Notes: generated by a model not told the origin, from the letters alone. A stretch of DNA of 64,000 nt from an uncultured virus (IMG/VR IMGVR_UViG_3300044635_001663) (IMGVR_UViG_3300044635_001663:62001-126000); one strand, 5' to 3'. Counted from the first letter of the stretch, positions 1 to 9,688 are shown. Numbers and translations are program-made.

Positions 1-2
1 AT

Positions 3-356
3 GCAACAGAAAATATTAAACAGTTTGAACTTATAGAGCGTTGCCCACTTGTTCCTCTAGAATTTAGATCTAAATATATAGGGGACAGAGCTATATGGAA
101 ATACTGTTATAGCAAACCATTGTGTGATTGTGCAGACTGTAAGAGTCACGGATTCGTTATGTATATGGTACTTGGTCACGGAATGATTTATAATCATCAG
201 GATCAAAATAATGCCGAAATGAAATTTAATCATAAAGATTTATATGTAGACATTGTAGCCTCTGTAGATATATCTGCTAATCAAGAAATTTTTACTAATT
301 ATGGATCTAGATATTTTGCTGGTATGACAAAAAAAGTAATTAGAGATCAGCAATGA
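3..356 (+). CDS. SET-domain protein (5' partial)
   Basis: Frame is open from position 3 (ATENIKQFELIERCP...); SET motifs GMIYNH...N and EIFTNYG. Confidence 0.8.
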   Translation, partial: ATENIKQFELIERCPLVPLEFRSKYIGDRAIWKYCYSKPLCDCADCKSHGFVMYMVLGHGMIYNHQDQNNAEMKFNHKDLYVDIVASVDISANQEIFTNYGSRYFAGMTKKVIRDQQ

Positions 357-1063
357 CCAACACAGCTATAACAATGACAGCTTTTAAAAGAACGAACTAT
401 TTTAAAACTGTTCTGAATTCTATAAAAAATAGTATGGATTATTGTAGAACTTATCTTCCGATTTATATATCTATAGACTATTACTCTGAAGAAATTCCAA
501 CTTTAGTGAAATCTATAGATTGGACCGAAATTCATATGCTAATAAACAATCCTTCTGTAGGATGCAATCAAAACACTAGGAACGCAATATCTTATGGACT
601 ATCTATCAAAGATTCCGTGATACATATCGAAGATGATACTGTCATGTCAAAGGACGCTATTAAATTCTTTGTAGATATGTTAAAAATGTTTCATGATGAT
701 AGTTCAATAGTGTCTGTTACAGGATATAACAGAACAATCTCCTTAGACTTAGATAATAAATCAGATTTTTCTAAGATAGAACAACAAAATCATTTTACGT
801 GTTGGGGTGCTGCTTTCTGGAAACATAAAGCAGATATATTATTAGATAATTGGATTCAAACTTGCAATAAAGAAAATAGTTCTATATCTTGGGATAGTCA
901 TATTAATGATAATATTTTTATTCCAAATAAATTATATCAGGTTAAACCTATGATATCTCGTATACAAAATATAGGGGCGGAAGACGGCACATGGGTTCCT
1001 TCGGCTGGATGGCATTATGATAATCATAGATCTCCATTCACATCAGATGATTTATTATCATGA
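353..1063 (+). CDS. GT-A fold glycosyltransferase
   Basis: AFKRTNYF, IHIEDD, TCWG and SRIQNIG motifs. Confidence 0.75.
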   Translation: MTNTAITMTAFKRTNYFKTVLNSIKNSMDYCRTYLPIYISIDYYSEEIPTLVKSIDWTEIHMLINNPSVGCNQNTRNAISYGLSIKDSVIHIEDDTVMSKDAIKFFVDMLKMFHDDSSIVSVTGYNRTISLDLDNKSDFSKIEQQNHFTCWGAAFWKHKADILLDNWIQTCNKENSSISWDSHINDNIFIPNKLYQVKPMISRIQNIGAEDGTWVPSAGWHYDNHRSPFTSDDLLS

Positions 1064-1689
1064 TTAAATTAATTATTTTTGATATGGATGGAGTGTTAGT
1101 CGATCTATGGGATGATAAAGACAAGCCTTTATTAGGACGTTTTTATAGTGCTCATTTTGCTTTTACTGTTGGGCAATTCTGTAAAGAAGTTACACATGAT
1201 CCCAACTACTATTTCCACGGTGAAGAAATTAGCATAGCAGCTAGAGCTTATACTCACGGTTATGATATTTATCACCCGCACAAGGTAGTGTGCTGGCATG
1301 AATATACTAGAAAAGGCCGATCAAAACAATGGGACGATGATCCTGTATGGGGCAATCCTAACAATGAGTGCCATCTTCGTAATCGCAAACTATTTGAAAT
1401 GTACGGAGGAAAAAGAGATATAGATTTTGGTCCTTATGGTTTTGGAACAGAAAGGACTTTAAGGGACTATGAGAAATATGCAGGTATTAGTTTTGGAAAA
1501 AGAGCAATACAAAAAAGTGTAACAGAACGCAAAGCTCCTCCAGATGCTATGCAATTTAGCACAGACCAAGAATTCGATGATGCTTTGCTTAGAATTTTTA
1601 AACACTGTATTGATATAGGATACGACAGAGTAAAAGAAACAGACTATGATTTTTCGGTTGTAGCATTCCATGATGAAGGAGATCTATGA
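1060..1689 (+). pseudogene. Chimeric/truncated gene: HAD hydrolase N-terminal stub fused to an internal fragment of a GT60-like GlcNAc transferase
   Basis: Starts IIFDMDGVLVD (HAD motif I), then switches to SAHFAF...FHGEEISIAARAYTHGYDIYHP...WHEY; the GT60 N-terminal half is missing. Confidence 0.65.
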
Positions 1690-2324
1690 TGTCTAATTTA
1701 GGGGATATCAAATCACAAAAACTAGGAAACATGATACTTGAAGGTCATTTAGGAGGATTTTTTGATCAAGGAGATGGTGGAACTTATTATCCAAACATGT
1801 GGTCATATCTGGTAAATAAATATGATATAAAAACTGTTTTGGATATAGGATGTGGTAGGGGTTTTTCTTCTTTATACTTCAAGAGTATTGGATGTGAAAT
1901 AACGGGAGTTGACGGAAGCGTAAATGCTGCTCAATCATCATTAATTCCAGAAAACTTAATTACTCACGATTATTCAAGAGGCATGACCAATATAGATAAA
2001 ACCTTTGATTTAGGATGGTCTTGTGAATTTGTAGAACATATTGAAGAAAAATACATAATAAATTTTATGACAGATTTTAAAAAGTGCAAATATTTATGTA
2101 TGACATATGCAGACCTGGGACAACCTGGACACCATCATGTAAATTGTAATACTCAAGAATATTGGATTAATGCTTTGTCAAAAAACAACCTTGTTTTCCT
2201 TAAGGAAGAAACAAACGAATTAAGAAACGAAGCAGTTAAAGATAAAGAGCTACAAGACAATGGAAGATTTCATTTTCATTTTTTAAACAGAGGTCTTCTC
2301 TTCAAGAATATTGAACTAAATTAG
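1686..2324 (+). CDS. Class I SAM-dependent methyltransferase
   Basis: VLDIGCGRG, EFVEHI, GQPGHHHVN. Confidence 0.8.
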   Translation: MMSNLGDIKSQKLGNMILEGHLGGFFDQGDGGTYYPNMWSYLVNKYDIKTVLDIGCGRGFSSLYFKSIGCEITGVDGSVNAAQSSLIPENLITHDYSRGMTNIDKTFDLGWSCEFVEHIEEKYIINFMTDFKKCKYLCMTYADLGQPGHHHVNCNTQEYWINALSKNNLVFLKEETNELRNEAVKDKELQDNGRFHFHFLNRGLLFKNIELN

Positions 2325-2964
2325 TCATATTAACTTTTCCGTTTCCGTGGAAAAGCAACGGAAGCGTATTAAAATGCTTATTATAGACTAAATTATCTTG
2401 AATTAAAAAATCAGACATGTCTATGTCACCACCAACAGAACCATTATAAAGAGTTTGAAATATTTTACATTCATAATCAAGAGCTAGTAAATGTTGATTA
2501 GATATAAAAAATTTAGAAAATTCTAATTGTTCATCAGACCCTTTTATTTTTGGTAGTACTTGATCCATCATAAACATGATATTTTTAACTTTACCAACAT
2601 ATATTCCACCATTTAAATATTTCCATTTACTATCTACTACAGGATAATCTTTAGCCAATCTCCAGTCAGGGTAACAGCTCGTCTCTGCATTAAAGGTTAT
2701 TTTATCTAAATCAAAATCGAACCTTATTTTTTCCTCAAGCTTATCTAGAGAACAATTATTTAAACACAATACGTCATAAGCATCACAAACTAATATCAAA
2801 TTTTCCGGATCCATCTCAGAGATATATTGGGTTACTGAATATGATTTTGGATAAAAGTCCATAGTCCATGGTAGTATAATTGGTAAAATTTCCGCACCCA
2901 ATGAAGAAGTTAGGTGTCTTATATTTCCATGGTTCAAATCTGTAGAGTATATTAAAACTTTCAT
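2302..2964 (-). CDS. PLOD/LH3-type glycosyltransferase domain protein
   Basis: CDAYDV, FNAETSCYPD, YLNGGIYVG, LDYECKIFQTL, FHGNG; start at 2964 overlaps the upstream stop (TAATG). Confidence 0.75.
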   Translation of the reverse strand: MKVLIYSTDLNHGNIRHLTSSLGAEILPIILPWTMDFYPKSYSVTQYISEMDPENLILVCDAYDVLCLNNCSLDKLEEKIRFDFDLDKITFNAETSCYPDWRLAKDYPVVDSKWKYLNGGIYVGKVKNIMFMMDQVLPKIKGSDEQLEFSKFFISNQHLLALDYECKIFQTLYNGSVGGDIDMSDFLIQDNLVYNKHFNTLPLLFHGNGKVNMTNLVQYS

Positions 2965-3605
2965 TATTCGCTTTCCCATAATTGAGATATTCTACCATCC
3001 CAATTTAAATATACTGGCCCTAAATGATCAACGTCTCCAGGCAAGCATTTTTGACAGTCAAACCTTTGAGCAAATTCAAGATCATAATAAGATCCATTTC
3101 TAAATTCATGCAAAAAACCCTGATTATCACTTAAGTATTTAAGTATTTTGTCTTTATGGAATAGCTGAAAATACCCCAAAAAATGACACATATCCTGAGC
3201 AAAGTTTCTGTTTGCATAATCGTTTCTTGTGTTATAAATCTTTCTACCACAACCATATAAGCAATCCTTATCTTTATCAAAATGCCAAGCTATGTGTATA
3301 AGATTTTTGACAACAATATCAGCATCCAACATCAGCACCCATTCCATACTATTTATGTCTATTTTACCACTCAGAAAAAGGCTATTAATAGCAGCACCCT
3401 TGTTGAAGGTATCTCCGTTCTTGTAAAAAGAATCAGTGACATGACAGCTAATATTATTGGTAGAACAAAATTCTTGAGTTTTAATATCTTTACTATCTGT
3501 AATTACCCAATAATCATGACCAGACAAAGCTTCTGCATTTTCTTTATAGGCCGAAGCTAGGAAATCCAGATAATTCACACAAACAGTTGCTATAGTGAAA
3601 ACCAT
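2964..3605 (-). CDS. GT-A fold glycosyltransferase
   Basis: TVCVNY, FNKGAAIN, LDADI, GYFQLF. Confidence 0.7.
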   Translation of the reverse strand: MVFTIATVCVNYLDFLASAYKENAEALSGHDYWVITDSKDIKTQEFCSTNNISCHVTDSFYKNGDTFNKGAAINSLFLSGKIDINSMEWVLMLDADIVVKNLIHIAWHFDKDKDCLYGCGRKIYNTRNDYANRNFAQDMCHFLGYFQLFHKDKILKYLSDNQGFLHEFRNGSYYDLEFAQRFDCQKCLPGDVDHLGPVYLNWDGRISQLWESE

Positions 3606-3651
3606 AAATTATAACCATTCATTAAAAGATTTAGTTAAACGGGTATTTCTT

Positions 3652-3668
3652 AATATATGATACACCAA
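3652..3668 (-). promoter_or_regulatory. Putative phage promoter motif TTGGTGTATCATATATT
   Basis: Matches the recurring GGTGTA-N-TAT motif; about 47 bp upstream of the minus-strand gene pair. Confidence 0.5.
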
Positions 3669-3905
3669 TGGGCAGTATGGGGCTTACTTGATTTGTTTGC
3701 CTACGGCTCATATAATGTTATGAAGAGCTATGCTAGTTTATTTGATTTTTTACCTCTATATTTAGGAAAATTAGAACAAAAATTACATACCGAATCAATT
3801 CTTAGATTTCATTGTAATTATCACAATATTCCAATAGAGAGATTTGATTTTAATGTTTATTTACGAGGTATGCTTTTCACTCAAACCGCTCCGTGCATTA
3901 GGTAG
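3657..3905 (+). pseudogene. C-terminal fragment of a glycan-related phage protein
   Basis: DLFAYG...ESILRFH reads like a C-terminus; begins at the edge of the inverted block. Confidence 0.45.
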
Positions 3906-3911
3906 TAAGTT

Positions 3912-4964
3912 ATGCAAAAAATTATTAATGATACTAAATTAGATTTTGACGACGTATTAATTAGACCCAAAAGATCAGCATTAAACAGTAGATCAGAAGT
4001 TAATATTAGAAGAGAATTTAAATTTAAATATTCTAATAGGAAACTAACAGTGATACCCATTATGGTCGCCAATATGGATACTGTGGGGACATTTGAAATG
4101 GCTAAAGCTCTAGCGAAAGAAGGAGCAATAACATGTCTACATAAACACTATTCTGAACAACAGTATGTAGATTTTTTTAAAGAAGAGTTTCTTAATAAGG
4201 ATCTAGTATTTTACTCTGTTGGAACAAGTGATAAAGACATACAAAAAAGTATATCAGTATTCTCTAGAATTCAGAATACAACACCATATCCCAATATTTG
4301 TTTAGATGTAGCGAATGGATATACTGAACAATTTGTAAAGACAGCTCGCCAGCTTAGGTCTCTATTTCCTGATGCTATTATTATGGCTGGAAATGTTGTT
4401 ACTCCAGAAATGACTGAAGAACTTATTATCCATGGAGGCGTAGATATAGTCAAGGTCGGTATAGGCTCAGGCAGTGTATGTACCACTCGTTTAAAAACTG
4501 GCGTGGGATACCCACAATTAAGTGCTGTGATGGAATGTTCGGACGCGGCCCACGGCTTAGGAGGACATATTTGTAGCGACGGAGGATGCAAGGTGGTCGG
4601 AGACATATGTAAAGCTTTTGGGGGTAATGCTGATTTTGTCATGCTAGGAAGCATGTTTGCTGGATGTGACGAGTGCGAAGGAGAATGGACTTATGAACTT
4701 GGAAATAAAATTACTCTCAAATACTATGGTATGAGTAGCGTTAATGCTATGAACAAACACCATAATGGGGTAGCAGACTATAGAACAGCAGAAGGCAAGT
4801 GTGTAACAGTAGACTATAAAGGGTTTGCTAAAGATGTTATACAAGATATTTGCGGAGGATTACGTAGTTCTTGTACATATATTGGAGCAAACAAAATTAA
4901 AGATTTTGGTAAAAAAACAACGTTTATTTTAGTTAACAATACTCACAATACTCTATATAAATAA
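3912..4964 (+). CDS. guaC: GMP reductase
   Basis: KLDFDDVLIRPKRS, ANMDTVGTFEMA, DVANGY, GSGSVCTTR, SDGGC. Confidence 0.93.
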   Translation: MQKIINDTKLDFDDVLIRPKRSALNSRSEVNIRREFKFKYSNRKLTVIPIMVANMDTVGTFEMAKALAKEGAITCLHKHYSEQQYVDFFKEEFLNKDLVFYSVGTSDKDIQKSISVFSRIQNTTPYPNICLDVANGYTEQFVKTARQLRSLFPDAIIMAGNVVTPEMTEELIIHGGVDIVKVGIGSGSVCTTRLKTGVGYPQLSAVMECSDAAHGLGGHICSDGGCKVVGDICKAFGGNADFVMLGSMFAGCDECEGEWTYELGNKITLKYYGMSSVNAMNKHHNGVADYRTAEGKCVTVDYKGFAKDVIQDICGGLRSSCTYIGANKIKDFGKKTTFILVNNTHNTLYK

Positions 4965-4968
4965 TTAT

Positions 4969-6081
4969 ATGAACAACAAAGAACAATTGATTATGCATTG
5001 TCCTGTATTTTTTACAGGATACGGTAATGCTGGATGGCATTTTTCTAAGTATCTTTACACGAATGATGTAGACATAGCACTATACCCTATACTTGCTCAA
5101 AAAAGTGATATAGCAGGTTTACAAAATGTGGAGTTTTATCGCCCAACAGATAAAGAAATTCTACAAAAAATATTACATAAACCCATTAATAAAGAATCTA
5201 AATGTCTAAAAATCTGGCATCAGTTTGATTTATTAGAACGTATTGGAACAGGCGAATATATAGCTTATCCATTTTTTGAATTAGATACTCTAAGCACGCT
5301 AGAAAAACAACACCTATCCATACCTGATAAACTCATAGTATCTTGTCAATGGGCTAAAGATATTTTGTTATCAAATGGCATTGATAGACCTATTGAAATA
5401 GTAAATCTAGGAGTAGATACAGATATTTTTGATTACAACTTCTGTACAGAAAAAGAAGATTCTGATCCATTTATTTTTATGAATATTGGTAAATGGGAAA
5501 TTAGAAAAGGACATGATGTTTTATTAGAATTATTTGATAGTGCTTTTGACAAAACAGATAATGTCCAGCTATGGATAGCAGGTTCATCAGATAAATCCTG
5601 CTTTACTTCTAAAGAATTGGAAGAATGGCACAGTTATTATAGTTCTTCTAAATTAAAAGATAAGATACGTATTATACCAAGATTACCTACACAACTGGAT
5701 TTAGCAAAAATTGCATCTAATGCAGATTGTGGAATTTTTATGTCTAGGGGAGAAGGATGGAATCTAGATTTGTTAGAGATGATGGCTCTAAATAAACCAA
5801 TTATCACAACAAACTATAGTGCCCATACAGAATTTTGTAATAAAGATAATGCTTTTTTGATAGATATTACAGAACTAGAAAAGGCTTATGACGGAAAATG
5901 GTTTCATGGAACGGGTAATTGGGCAAAAATTGGAGAAAAAGAAAAAGACCAAGCTATTGAATATATGAGATATGTTTATAAGAACAAGATTCGAACAAAT
6001 GCAGCTGGATTAAAAACGGCTCAAAATTTATCTTGGAATAAAGTAGCCAAAGATATGATAAGGTGTATCTATAAAACATAA
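4969..6081 (+). CDS. GT4 (GT-B) glycosyltransferase
   Basis: GKWEIRKG, SRGEGWNLDLLEMMA. Confidence 0.85.
   Translation: MNNKEQLIMHCPVFFTGYGNAGWHFSKYLYTNDVDIALYPILAQKSDIAGLQNVEFYRPTDKEILQKILHKPINKESKCLKIWHQFDLLERIGTGEYIAYPFFELDTLSTLEKQHLSIPDKLIVSCQWAKDILLSNGIDRPIEIVNLGVDTDIFDYNFCTEKEDSDPFIFMNIGKWEIRKGHDVLLELFDSAFDKTDNVQLWIAGSSDKSCFTSKELEEWHSYYSSSKLKDKIRIIPRLPTQLDLAKIASNADCGIFMSRGEGWNLDLLEMMALNKPIITTNYSAHTEFCNKDNAFLIDITELEKAYDGKWFHGTGNWAKIGEKEKDQAIEYMRYVYKNKIRTNAAGLKTAQNLSWNKVAKDMIRCIYKT
6062..6074 (+). promoter_or_regulatory. Putative phage promoter motif GGTGTATCTATAA
   Basis: Recurring motif, followed by RBS AAGGAG and ATG at 6093. Confidence 0.45.
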
Positions 6082-6092
6082 GGAGAAATACT

Positions 6093-6620
6093 ATGCCCAT
6101 ACCCAATCCTAAAGAAAACGAAGACAAGCAAAAGTTTGTTGCCCGATGTATGGGCAATGAAACCATGAAGAAAGAATACCCTGATTCCAAACAGAGAGTA
6201 GCTATTTGTTTAGGCCAATCCAAAGGCTATGATACCAGTCATCCCTTATTAGATCAAATACAAGATAATATATTATTAGCCACTAATTATACATGGGACG
6301 ATGAATGGGACGAATTTGTTTGGGATGTTGAAGTTAATGAGATTCTACAATATGACGATAATGATATTTTGGTAGCCGCAGAAAAAAACAATAGAAAAGT
6401 AACTTTAAATAAACCATTTCGTACGCCAGATGGTCCCAAAAAATTCTCAGTCTATGTAAAAAATGATAAAGGTAATGTTGTTAAAGTTAACTTTGGTGAT
6501 CCAGATATGAAAATTAAGAAGCATATTCCATCAAGAAGGAAAAGTTTCAGAGCTAGACATAATTGCGATAATCCTGGTCCAAAGTGGAAAGCCAGATTTT
6601 GGAGTTGCAAAGCTTGGTGA
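6093..6620 (+). CDS. Conserved modular phage protein with a basic C-terminal domain
   Basis: Modules MPIPNPKENE..FVARCM and KKFSVYVK..VNFGDP..RRKSFRARHNC..WSCKAW joined by an acidic linker; good RBS. Confidence 0.7.
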   Translation: MPIPNPKENEDKQKFVARCMGNETMKKEYPDSKQRVAICLGQSKGYDTSHPLLDQIQDNILLATNYTWDDEWDEFVWDVEVNEILQYDDNDILVAAEKNNRKVTLNKPFRTPDGPKKFSVYVKNDKGNVVKVNFGDPDMKIKKHIPSRRKSFRARHNCDNPGPKWKARFWSCKAW

Positions 6621-6666
6621 AATAGTATTCAGGGTAATATATTAACAAGAAAATGGATCTTTAATT

Positions 6667-7251
6667 ATGAATAAAAATATAGAAGAATTATTAAGCGAAC
6701 AATCTCAAAACATCGCAGAAAAGGAAAATATTGTGGCAGAAGAACCGGACCATCAGGACATGATATCTGATGAAGAAGCTAAAAATTATACTAATGACCA
6801 AGTTGTTGAACTTCTTAAGAAATCGCTAAATATTCACTGGCAGCAAACAACAGTTCTTTCAGCACAGGCTGTACATCTAGAGAGATGGGGCTATTCTAAA
6901 CTAGCAGCGGTCATAAAAGCAGACGCTCTAGAAGAACATAAACACGCTATGATTAATCTATTAAGACTAGAATTTTTTGATGCTGACTATCAACCATTAG
7001 TAGTTCAGCCTCCAGCTTGGAGCAGACATGATATGCTTGCTATGATTAGATATAATCTAGCTTCGGTTCAAGAAGCATCCGCTGCTGAAAGGGCTACTAT
7101 AGTCGCAGCTAGATCAGTTGGTGATGAGATGACAGCTAATATTATGATACCACTACTACAAGGTAGTGAAGATGGTATAGTGCTATATGAAGGCTATCTA
7201 AAGTTAATTGAACAAATGGGCCTAGACAACTTCCTCAGTATACAGGTATAA
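6667..7251 (+). CDS. Bacterioferritin-like protein with altered metal/heme ligands
   Basis: WGYSKL...EEHKHA...RLEF and C-terminal LIEQMGLDNFLSIQV align with Bfr. Confidence 0.8.
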   Translation: MNKNIEELLSEQSQNIAEKENIVAEEPDHQDMISDEEAKNYTNDQVVELLKKSLNIHWQQTTVLSAQAVHLERWGYSKLAAVIKADALEEHKHAMINLLRLEFFDADYQPLVVQPPAWSRHDMLAMIRYNLASVQEASAAERATIVAARSVGDEMTANIMIPLLQGSEDGIVLYEGYLKLIEQMGLDNFLSIQV

Positions 7252-7254
7252 ATC

Positions 7255-7839
7255 ATGGATCGTATAAACGCCATTCTTAACAATATAAATAACTTTCTAT
7301 CATCAGAATATTCTAAAAATTGTGAAAACACAAGTCCAGATAGAATAGATCTGCTATCTCTTGACGATATGAAAGAATTACTAGAGATTTATGCAGTAAA
7401 ACAAAAATTGCAAAACTTAAAAAAAACTAAGTCAGATGATGGTGATTTTCGCAATATTGAAGACATAGAATTGGAATCTATTGAACAAGAGATGATGGAA
7501 TACAAAAAAGATTTTTATGAAATGAGTTTAGGTTCGTTAAGAGCCATAGCAACCCATGCCACAGAAATATTGAACAGTCTTGAAAATCCAAAAGTAGCAG
7601 AGAACTTGACAGAAAGCTGGTTACAAGGTAAAATCGCCATAACGGAAGATTACATGCGTACTATTCACGATTTTGTCATGTATGTGTCTCAGGCTGCCGA
7701 TACTACAGTAGCAAAAAAGCCGGGCCTCTGGGATAATATCAGAAAGAAAAAAAAGAAAGAAGGGAAAAATTATCGTCCAGCTAAACGAGGAGACAAAGAT
7801 AGGCCAGACCCGGAACAGTGGAAAAAATTGACAGAGTAA
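7255..7839 (+). CDS. Hypothetical modular phage protein
   Basis: SWLQGKIAITEDY module plus a basic KPGLWDNIRKKKKK tail. Confidence 0.6.
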   Translation: MDRINAILNNINNFLSSEYSKNCENTSPDRIDLLSLDDMKELLEIYAVKQKLQNLKKTKSDDGDFRNIEDIELESIEQEMMEYKKDFYEMSLGSLRAIATHATEILNSLENPKVAENLTESWLQGKIAITEDYMRTIHDFVMYVSQAADTTVAKKPGLWDNIRKKKKKEGKNYRPAKRGDKDRPDPEQWKKLTE

Positions 7840-7889
7840 TCTTAATAGTTTGATTCAAAGACACTTTTTATTTTAAGGATTATTTATTT

Positions 7890-8468
7890 ATGGAAAAGAC
7901 TTACGACACATTGGACACATATATTAACCTAGCTAAAAAAACTATTTCTAAATTTGCTGGGAAAATGTATCCATCTTTGGTTAAGGAAATGCTCAATAAC
8001 GATGAAGTTATATCTGAAATAGCAGAGGCTATCATGATAGCAGATTGGAAATGGGACGAAAATAGAGTTGGTAAAAGCACAGGTATGAAGAAAACGATAT
8101 ATTCATATAGAAATCAGTGCGCTATATGGGCGATTAAAACGTACGCAACAAAACAGTATAAGAGCAATAAAAAATATCAAGATCAAATTGATAAATATTT
8201 ATCTACTTATAACAGCGATCAGGTCATATACTCTGATCCAACACAAAAAGAAATCGAAGAAAAAGAATACTATACTAATCTAAAACATGATATGAGCCAG
8301 TTATTGGATATGTCTCCGATCACAGATAAACAAAGAGATATTATTAAACAGTACTACTATGATAACAAAACATTAGCAGAAATAGGAAGAACATACGGAG
8401 TCACCAGAGAAGCTATTAGACAAAACCTAAATAAGAGCCTCAATACGATAAGAGAACATGCAAAATAA
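7890..8468 (+). CDS. Phage sigma70-family sigma factor
   Basis: Region 4 HTH TLAEIGRTYGVTREAIRQ; region 2-like segment near the N-terminus. Confidence 0.8.
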   Translation: MEKTYDTLDTYINLAKKTISKFAGKMYPSLVKEMLNNDEVISEIAEAIMIADWKWDENRVGKSTGMKKTIYSYRNQCAIWAIKTYATKQYKSNKKYQDQIDKYLSTYNSDQVIYSDPTQKEIEEKEYYTNLKHDMSQLLDMSPITDKQRDIIKQYYYDNKTLAEIGRTYGVTREAIRQNLNKSLNTIREHAK

Positions 8469-8832
8469 TTTACATTTGATTATTCATTCTATCGATCCAT
8501 CTAATAATTTTTTGATACTTTCAACAGATTCTGAGGAGCTACAATTACCTGTCTTGGATCTTAATAAAATAGATATCAATAATAATACTCTATTAATAGA
8601 TGATTTGGTTAGAAATATGTTTAAGCAATATGTGTCTCTGGACCCAAATTGGAACAAGCCAAGATTCATAGATATAGACTTAATACAAACAGATAGTCAA
8701 GAAAAATATTTATTGCTATTTTATAGTTGTAGTATCCCGTATAAATCTGTATTAAAAAACAGCCATTGGCATGATGCGACAGAGTTACTAAAAACTAGTA
8801 CAATTTTACGCAAAGCTATTTATGCATATTAA
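8458..8832 (+). CDS. Hypothetical protein
   Basis: ORF overlapping its neighbours in an operon. Confidence 0.55.
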   Translation: MQNNLHLIIHSIDPSNNFLILSTDSEELQLPVLDLNKIDINNNTLLIDDLVRNMFKQYVSLDPNWNKPRFIDIDLIQTDSQEKYLLLFYSCSIPYKSVLKNSHWHDATELLKTSTILRKAIYAY

Positions 8833-9274
8833 GAATATTTATTTATATTTACGAAACCTATTTGCTTTTCACAAGAAAAAACAAGCAGTACAGGACGATA
8901 ATCACATTGATGAAACGTCATTAAAGCTTATATTTGATTTAACACAAAATAATATTAGTTGCGTTTCTAATATAGCAGAATATAATATTACAGAAGAAAA
9001 CAATTATAAACAAGCAGAAAAATTGGCCTACTGTTTATATAAATTACACAGCAATCCTCAGCAATTTATGTCATTAGTATTGACTGCTTTAGAAAAAAAT
9101 CAGGACATATCTGATCAACATAATTTATTTTGTAATAATGTTGCTTTTTTTTGGAAAAACTTTATCAAGATGCACAATACTATAGACACAACATATCCAT
9201 TAATATCCCCATCATCCGTATTTGGTATTATGGAAGAAAAACTAAAATATCATGGAACACCACCAAAAAAATAA
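8822..9274 (+). CDS. Hypothetical protein
   Basis: ORF in operon. Confidence 0.55.
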   Translation: MHIKNIYLYLRNLFAFHKKKQAVQDDNHIDETSLKLIFDLTQNNISCVSNIAEYNITEENNYKQAEKLAYCLYKLHSNPQQFMSLVLTALEKNQDISDQHNLFCNNVAFFWKNFIKMHNTIDTTYPLISPSSVFGIMEEKLKYHGTPPKK

Positions 9275-9686
9275 TTTAATTATATGGGAAAAATGGAGAG
9301 ATCCGTTTTTAGGATACGATGAAAATGAAATAGATATTGATAACGATATATCTGATAACTTTTATCACGACGAAGACGATTTAGAAGACCATGAAACAGA
9401 CGAGAGCGTTGGTAGTGTAAGTAAACCAGTCAGAGTGGTTTACACCCCCATGGGTATTGTTCCGTATAATGAGTATACTGCAAGTAGTAGTATATTTAAT
9501 TTTTGGGTTGGACATACTAATTTTAATATTTCTCCTTCTTTAGCAGTTCTAATTGAAGAAGCAGACGGAGTTGAAACATTAGATATTTTTACTAGATATC
9601 GTTTTAGAATTGGTATAGGTAAAGCTTTCAAAGACATTAACGTTATGAAAAATATCGAACAACAAATTACTAACAACGGACTATAA
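9252..9686 (+). CDS. Hypothetical protein with an acidic tract
   Basis: WEKWRDP, acidic run, FWVGHTNF...GVETL...TRYRFRIGIGKAF. Confidence 0.65.
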   Translation: MEHHQKNNLIIWEKWRDPFLGYDENEIDIDNDISDNFYHDEDDLEDHETDESVGSVSKPVRVVYTPMGIVPYNEYTASSSIFNFWVGHTNFNISPSLAVLIEEADGVETLDIFTRYRFRIGIGKAFKDINVMKNIEQQITNNGL

Positions 9687-9688
9687 TA

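Noticed and set aside
1049..1068. LLS*/ATGA junction as another repeat copy
   Set aside because: Only TTATCATGA is shared, too short to be significant in AT-rich DNA
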